A stretch of DNA of 63,763 nucleotides, counting the filler, from Licmophora abbreviata (lineage: Eukaryota): assembly GCA_900291995.1 (NCBI GenBank). It is 12 parts of 12 records of this genome, joined end to end, with 100 filler letters (N's around TTAATTAATTAA, not from the genome) between each part and the next. Parts side by side here need not be neighbours in the genome. Positions count along the whole stretch, not along the records: positions 53,934 to 58,722 come from OLMU01003096.1; positions 58,823 to 61,946 come from OLMU01003097.1; positions 62,047 to 63,763 come from OLMU01003103.1; 9 more parts are not named here. One strand, written 5' to 3'. A program made the translations under genes and the position numbers. Shown here piece by piece: positions 56,999-63,763 of the stretch (the stretch's first letter is position 1; each line of letters begins with the position of its first letter). The notes beneath the pieces are model-generated. The model made no database searches and was not told the origin of the DNA. It saw only the letters and a program-made list of their open reading frames with translations.

Positions 56999-57730
56999 TC
57001 ATTCATCCCGCTTTTTCCCATGATCCCGCTCGGGGTGCTCTTCCGTCGCACGCTCCAGCTTTTCCACTCTCGATTTCAAAGCGGCGTGTTGGTTGTCCAT
57101 ATCATCGGTAATTCGCACAAGATCATCAATCTTGCGGTTTGTCTCGGTGAATCTGGCTTTTGTTTTTGTGTCTAGCTTGAAGATCTTGTCGTTCAGGTTG
57201 GTCTCTGTCTTGGAAGTCGTGTTGTCTACCTTGGAGATCTTGTCGCTCTGCTTGGAGATCTCGGTGTCCAGCTTGGGGTCTTGCTTGTCGAATGTCGACT
57301 TGATTCTGTTCTTTTGCTTGTCGAGTATCGACTCAGTTTTGTCGAACCGCCTATCGAGGTTTTTTGCCGCGATTTTTGCCTCTTGCCATTTCAACAGCAA
57401 GAGGATCGCAATTAGCTGCACGAAAGTAGAAGGAATCATTATGACAAGTACACCTTGCACGAACGTCTCCCAGTCAGACTGCGGTTCCGCACTCATCATC
57501 GTAAGAAAAGAAGAGACCTGATCCATGGCTGCAAGGACTGAAGCCGGATCCTCCATGGCAGCCTTGAGTGCCACCCCCGGCGAGAGGCGCTGGACCGGTA
57601 GGCGATTCCGCTGCTGGACGGGGCGAGGGTCGAGTCTCCCCGCCGTTCTTCTGCTGCCTCGCGGTGGCTGAAATGCAAACGCGGAAGCGAGGGACGCCAC
57701 CCAGGCGAACAGGAAGAGTACTGCTTTCAT
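56999..57730 (-). CDS. Putative plastid-targeted single-TM coiled-coil protein
   Basis: MKAVLFLFAWVASLASA^FAFQ carries the ASAF motif, followed by an Arg-rich transit peptide, a TM segment and a K/D/T-rich repetitive coiled coil. Confidence 0.65.
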   Translation of the reverse strand: MKAVLFLFAWVASLASAFAFQPPRGSRRTAGRLDPRPVQQRNRLPVQRLSPGVALKAAMEDPASVLAAMDQVSSFLTMMSAEPQSDWETFVQGVLVIMIPSTFVQLIAILLLLKWQEAKIAAKNLDRRFDKTESILDKQKNRIKSTFDKQDPKLDTEISKQSDKISKVDNTTSKTETNLNDKIFKLDTKTKARFTETNRKIDDLVRITDDMDNQHAALKSRVEKLERATEEHPERDHGKKRDE

Positions 57731-58158
57731 GATGAATCTAGAGAGAAAGATCAGGCGAACGGGGAGTAAAGTCTGTTGATGCTGTGCAATGTTTGTTCAT
57801 TTGTTCACTTTTTGAACTTTGATGTACCGCAGTTGAAATACGTAGAGTATGGTACATGACGTCATGGATACCCACAAACTTCGCACCGAAAGACATAAAA
57901 AAAAGGATTGGATGTCGCTGCATCACAGTTGCCCAAACTCCCGAAGACGAAGCCGAGGATCCGGAAGCTTCACCCTACTGTGGCTACTGTGTTCCTCTTT
58001 CATTCGCTTTGCCTTTGGTGCATCGTTTCGGTGCCTTCTATACAGAAAGTCGATAAGAGAGAGTCTTTCGTTTGTCTGAAACAGAAAACAGAGACTGAGA
58101 GAATCGAATCCACCCCTGTTTGTAGAAAGATCCAAGTTACAAATTTCGGCAAATCAGC

Positions 58159-61100
58159 ATGACCTTCTCCCAAGTTTTGCTCCGCTCTTCTTCGGTGGCA
58201 GCTCGTCGCCAGATTCAGCGCACTTCTCATCGACTGCCCGCTGCAGTCTTCAGCACCGCCCCGCAGCAGAATCACGAGTCCGAGTCGTTCTTGACCGGAA
58301 CATCCTCGATTTACGCAGAGCAAATGTGGGAAAACTACCTGCAGGACCCGAACAGCGTCCACGAGAGTTGGCGCCAGTACTTTGACAATATCGAGAATGG
58401 AACGCCCTTTGATGAGAGTGATTACAATAGTCCTACCGTTGCGGCCCCAAGTAAGGGATCGCGAAGGCCGGTTCTAGCGGGGGTAAGTACAAGAAGTTTG
58501 TAAAGGGACACAACGTGGACACAGAGAGAGACTGGTCCGTCGATTCACTACTCAACTGTGCCACTTACTTACGCTCCGCAACCTTCCCTTTGTATCCCAG
58601 TCCGCAGCTCCCTCAGATTCGCTGGGGGTCTCTCATCTCATTCGTTCCTACCAGGCCTTTGGTCACTCGGCCGCAAGAATGGACCCTCTCGACTTGCACG
58701 GTTCGCTCACGTTTCCCTACCGNNNNNNNNNNNNNNNNNNNNNNNNNNNNNNNNNNNNNNNNNNNNTTAATTAATTAANNNNNNNNNNNNNNNNNNNNNN
58801 NNNNNNNNNNNNNNNNNNNNNNAACTCACAGCACAGTACCACGGCTTTAGCGAGTCGGACATGGACCGACCCTTGAACTTTCGTGGTACCAGTAGTGGCG
58901 GCAACAAAGGATACCTCGAGGAAATCGCCAACATGCCTGGAAAGATCACTCTCCGGAAGATTATCGATCAACTTCGTAAGACGTACTGCGGTACCCTCGG
59001 AGTCGAGTATATGCACATGACGGATCTCACCAAGTGCAACTGGCTTCGAGAGCGCGTGGAGAATCCTCGTTGGCACAATTACGATAAGGAAAAGAAGCAG
59101 CATATATTCGAACGTCTCTGCTTTGCCGATACATTTGAAAACTTCTTGGCGCAAAAGTTCAATACGACCAAGCGATTCGGACTGGACGGAGGAGAATCAA
59201 TCGTACCAGGTTTAAAGGACGCGATTGATCGAGCGAGTGAACTGGGAGCGCACTCCTTCGTCATTGGCATGCCACATCGGGGGCGCTTGAATATTCTGGC
59301 CAATGTCATGCGCAAGCCCATGCCTTTGATCTTTAGTGAATTTCAAGGAACGCATTATGACATTCAAAACCATAGCAAGGATCACAACAAGTGGGGCATG
59401 AGTGGCGATGTCAAGTATCATTTGGGGTCTAGTATGGACCGTACATACCCGGACGGACGGCAGATTCATTTGAGTTTGGTGGCCAACCCATCGCATCTGG
59501 AGTGCGTGAACCCTGTCGTTGTGGGGAAGGTGCGAGCCAAACAGTACTATTGCGGAAATCGGTAAGCGTTGTACAATGAGAGCGTTGAGTATGCTGGTCT
59601 TTTTGTGTGCGTGATACTGTTGTCCACGATACGAGATCCGAGACTCATGCTACCGTGCCTATATCGTATATCGCTCTATGCTAGACCCGAGGATACGCGC
59701 AACGTCGTGCCGATTCTGTTGCACGGAGACGCCGCCTTCGCCGGTCAGGGCGTGCTGTATGAGACCATGCAAATGGCGAAAGTGGTCGACTTTGATGTCG
59801 GCGGCACGATTCATGTCATTGTGAACAATCAGATTGGATTCACCACCAACCCGACCAACTCGCGCTCGACACCCTACTGTTCCGATCTCGGCAAGGCATT
59901 CGATTGCCCCATCTTTCATTGCAATGGCGACGACCCGTTGGCGGTCTCAACAGCGCTGGAGACTGCTGTCGAATGGCGGCACGAGTGGGGATGCGACGTC
60001 ATTATCGACATGGTATGCTACCGTCGCAACGGGCACAACGAACTCGACCAGCCCGCTTTCACGCAACCCAAGTTATACCGCAAGATCTCTCGACACCCGG
60101 CCACCTTGTCTGTATTCGAAAAGCGATTGATCAGCGAAGGCACGCTCACCAAGGAAGAGTGCAATGAGATCCGCCAGTTCACCCTGGATAGTTACGAGAG
60201 CGACTTTGAAGCGAGCAAGTCGTACAAGCCGAAGCCTGAGGATTGGTTGAGTTCCCGCTGGGCTGGCTTCAAAGGACCACACCAATTGAGTCGTATTCGT
60301 CCGACAGGTGTGGAAATTGATACCTTGCGCAAGATCGGCATCCAGGCAGGATCTGTCCCGGACGACTTCAAGTTGCATCGTCAGATGGCGAAAATCTTCA
60401 AGGCGCGCGCGGAGATGGCCGAGAAGGGTTCGGGTATCGACTGGGGCACAGCAGAGGCCATGGCATTTGGAAGTCTCTTGATTGAAGGCAACCACGTTCG
60501 CATCACGGGACAAGACGTGCAGCGCGGCACCTTCAGTCACCGCCACGCCGTAGTCAAGGATCAGAACACGGAGGAAGAATATACGCCACTCAATTACTTG
60601 GCGAAGAAAATGGACCCGTCTTCCCCCATGGAGGAGCTGAGCAGACCCGACACTCAGGCGGGATTCACGTGCCGAAACTCGATCTTGTCGGAATTTGGAG
60701 TCCTTGGCTTTGAAAGCGGTTACAGTTTAGAGAATCCAAACGCCCTTATCAGTACGTGCGATCTGTGGTTTGAGGTATGAGTAACGCTACGCCCCCACTC
60801 ACATTTGTATTGCCACTTGCTCTCACGTCATTAAAACTGTAGTCTGGGAAGCACAGTTTGGCGATTTGTGAATGGCGCGCAGATCCTGATCGACCAATTC
60901 ATCTCGTCTGGCGAGGACAAGTGGATGCGTCAAAGTGGTCTTGTCATGCTACTTCCGCATGGGTATGATGGACAAGGCGCCGAGCACTCGTCTTGCCGCG
61001 TCGAGCGATTCTTGCAGTCTGTAGACGAAGATCCGCATCACATACCCGAAATGAGCGACGACGAGCGCATGCAGATCCAGCTCTGCAACTGGCAGGTCGT

Positions 61101-61861
61101 CAACTGCACGACACCGGCAAATTATTTCCACTGTTTGCGCCGACAGATCCATCGCGACTTCCGCAAGCCTCTAGTGGTCGTTTCTCCCAAGAACCTTTTG
61201 CGTAACAAGCGCTGCGTGTCTTCACTCGAAGATATGGGACCGGGCACAGTCTTTCAGCGGGTTCTAATGGAAACTGACGACACGATCGCGGGCAACCCCG
61301 ACCAAGTCAAAGTACGTGTTGATACATCCCGCAAAGTGTTTCCTTGTCAACTAGAGTATTTGCACGAATCTTATTGTTTTCTTTCTCGTTCTCGCAGACA
61401 CTAGTGTTTTGCACTGGTCAGATTTACTATGAGCTTCTTACAGAGCGTGAAAAGCGAGGGAGACAAGACGTCGCGTTGATTCGGCTTGAACAGATCGCTC
61501 CGTTCGCTTTTGACTGTGTCGCTCAAGCTGCCGCCAAGTACGGTAATGCCGAGGTGGTATTTGCTCAGCAGGAACCAAAGTGAGTTATCAACGGTGCTCG
61601 GCCGATTTTTTTTCACTGGCGTATGGCTCATCTGTCTCACCGCATCTGCCTATCAGGAACATGGGTGCATATGCCTATTGCTTGCCGCGTATTATGACGG
61701 CGACCCGCGAGCTGAATGGCGACGAGAGGCGCGCCCGCTATGTCGGCCGCGCCGTCAGCGCAGCGCCAGCCACCGGTATGGGTGCTGTTCATCTTCAGGA
61801 GTACCAACACATAATGGACGGAGTCTTTGGCGATGTCGACAAGGAGGGAATGGCCGACTAG
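58159..61861 (+). CDS. OGDH: Mitochondrial 2-oxoglutarate dehydrogenase E1 component, 5 visible introns, internal gap, apparent 1-nt deletion
   Basis: [63 protein letters not shown] and [14 protein letters not shown]. Introns 58483-58600, 59562-59684, 60752-60842, 61312-61397 and 61580-61656. Confidence 0.97.
58723..58822. other. Assembly spacer N44-TTAATTAATTAA-N44 (inside OGDH)
   Basis: Identical 100-nt linker. Collinear OGDH coding sequence lies on both sides. Confidence 0.98.
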
Positions 61862-61946
61862 TAGACATGGCGCAGAGGCGGAAAGCACAGAGTGCCAGAA
61901 GATGCAGGCATATCACGCGTAGTTTGAGATAGGAAATTGTCATTGT

Positions 61947-62046
61947 NNNNNNNNNNNNNNNNNNNNNNNNNNNNNNNNNNNNNNNNNNNNTTAATTAATT
62001 AANNNNNNNNNNNNNNNNNNNNNNNNNNNNNNNNNNNNNNNNNNNN
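61947..62046. other. Assembly spacer N44-TTAATTAATTAA-N44
   Basis: Identical 100-nt linker. Confidence 0.98.
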
Positions 62047-62741
62047 GTATCATACCATTCATTGATCCTGCTGGCTGCATCGATTGCTTGGTTGCCTATG
62101 CAGGCCCATTCGGCCACGCCAGGGCCACATGATCCAAGCGCGGCATCCCATGGCTGATAGTAAAGATGAGCGCACGAGTAGTCAAAGGCACAAGAGCTAG
62201 GACCATAAAGCATCGTACAGTTCCCGAGCCACTCGTCATACCAGGCCAGTCCTTCTTCTCTACCCGTAGTGCATGGAGCTACCAGTTCTAGACCGTAGTC
62301 AGACGCGATACTCTCAATTTGAGGCCAAAGCTGCGCTGCATCTGAGGGCAGCAAGTCGGCCTGATCTGGGCGGTCAGGCTCGTTGAAGGTCAGCAAATAG
62401 CTTGCCTGTTCCAGGTTGGTCTTGGTCTCGCCATCGAGCGGTAGAGTAGGAACCGAGTCCCAAAACATGGGGACGAATTCCATTCCAGCGTCCCTCATGT
62501 TGCTCGTAGCTTGCTCGGGACGGTCACACAAAGAGCGTTTCTTACCAGTGAAACCAGTCGTCGTGGACCACGAATACCACCATTGCGAGGACGTGTGCGG
62601 AGTTAGCGCGTCGCACGACTGTGCCGAGTAAAGAGGCACGCCCTTCTGAAAATTGCGCGCTGCAGCGGTGCCGAGAATACTGACGGCTGTGGCAAGGAGC
62701 ATAGCCGTGCTCAGCTTGAGGAAACTTGAGAACCCTATCAT
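62047..62741 (-). CDS. Secreted GH128-like beta-1,3-glucanase, 3'-truncated by the gap
   Basis: Signal peptide from ATG 62741; motifs WWYSWS, EFVPMFW, LLTFNEPD (acid/base Glu), AAQLW, LVAP and FDYSCAHLY. Confidence 0.8.
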
Positions 62742-63763
62742 TGTCTCGTTGACGACTCTGCGTTTCAAAAAGACAGACCGCGTTTCCCGTGAGGTAGACT
62801 TTGAAACTGATCCTGGGGCCTTTCCTGCTTTAACCACTGGGACAGATGGAGCTTCTTCAAGGGCTTTTCTGGCGTCGGCAGCAGAAAAGAAAGTGATCGT
62901 TGGATCTTTTGCTCACCAAGCAATGCACTGCGCAATGCAATGACGCCTTTCTGTGTGTGTGACATGCAAGAGAGCTGTTATTTTCTGTTTTTTAGACTAT
63001 GGCTTTTTTGGCGCGCGCGAGCCGGCGTCTAGTGATATTATGGCTAGCGCGCACCTCTCAATACCAAATCATTCGCAGTGCGCGCTGGGCGATACGCGCG
63101 ATGCACGAAAATGAGACTGTGCTCGATGTATGATATCATATCGTACGCTGAACGCGACGACGCCCACGACTTACTGCAGTACACGTGATGTAATGAAAGA
63201 GGGTTCCTCTTCGTGCTGTTGTGCATCTTATGTCGTCATTCGGAAATTATATGACACTCGTATTATTCACAACACACACAAACACAAAGCATCGTCTTGA
63301 TGGACGCATGGTCATTCCGACCATGCATCTCATTTATCGGAATCCATAACTCTGTCGCGCTGGAACACTGGGACCATCCAAAACCGTGGTTATTGTCAGT
63401 GTCGCTGCAGTCCAATACTGCATATACGTATATAGGGTCCGAGAAGGGCAGAGTCCGTCGCAAGTTATCTCTTGGAATATTAAGTAGAGGTGGTGTGAGA
63501 AAGCTCTTTCGCCAATCAATGATATCAAAATAATGAGTCTACAGAACGCGACTTTGGATGCTACGGCCTACAACACAGTAGATCAAGCTGTTACTTCCTG
63601 TGTTTTTAGCTTCAAGGGCGACTATGGGCACCACGACTGAGCATACGGTAGACGCGATGATCCAAGCTGACATTTCTATTTCTATTCTAGTCCGCATGTT
63701 GGGCGCACACCAAGGGAACGCTTCGACAGCTTCTGCCTCTCCATCCATACCCAGACGCCAACC

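Noticed and set aside
16797..60867. Programmed ribosomal frameshifting or insertional RNA editing as a shared explanation for four frame breaks
   Set aside because: No shared slippery heptamer or context. All fit 1-nt deletions, mostly in short runs, including one in a conserved OGDH motif. Assembly error is more parsimonious unless reads say otherwise.
7401..62046. Eleven identical TTAATTAATTAA palindromes flanked by Ns, resembling a dispersed repeat or array
   Set aside because: Exactly N44+12+N44 each time with stops in all six frames, so an artificial contig linker. Gene adjacency across these linkers should not be over-interpreted.
63539..63763. Possible 3' end of a minus-strand gene at the window edge
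   Set aside because: All three minus frames are briefly open and none has a recognisable motif.

Overview
Compact eukaryotic nuclear DNA, most likely a pennate diatom or a related ochrophyte. This rests on short GT-AG introns, bipartite signal+ASAF plastid presequences, RXL propeptide motifs and short divergent promoters. The window is 12 contigs joined by eleven artificial 100-nt spacers (N44-TTAATTAATTAA-N44), at least one of which falls inside a gene. About 27 protein genes are supported, including UGGT, GCH1, ARV1, a Spc24-like protein, THOC1, a G-protein beta subunit, a HERC-type E3 ligase, an extended synaptotagmin, OGDH E1, a GT47 glycosyltransferase, a GH128 glucanase and three 2OG-Fe(II) oxygenases. 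I saw no RNA genes, CRISPR arrays or mobile elements. Best leads: (1) an intron-containing fusion of a UxaB/UxuB-like oxidoreductase with a BH0493-type uronate isomerase; (2) a membrane-anchored PPK2-like protein with an ExxxLL vacuolar sorting motif; (3) a secreted RXL/KxxK/PTS-repeat protein, silaffin- or adhesin-like, built by tandem exon duplication; (4) two recurring intergenic motifs. Four genes show one-base frame breaks that are probably assembly indels. All family calls come from recognising motifs by eye; no searches were run.
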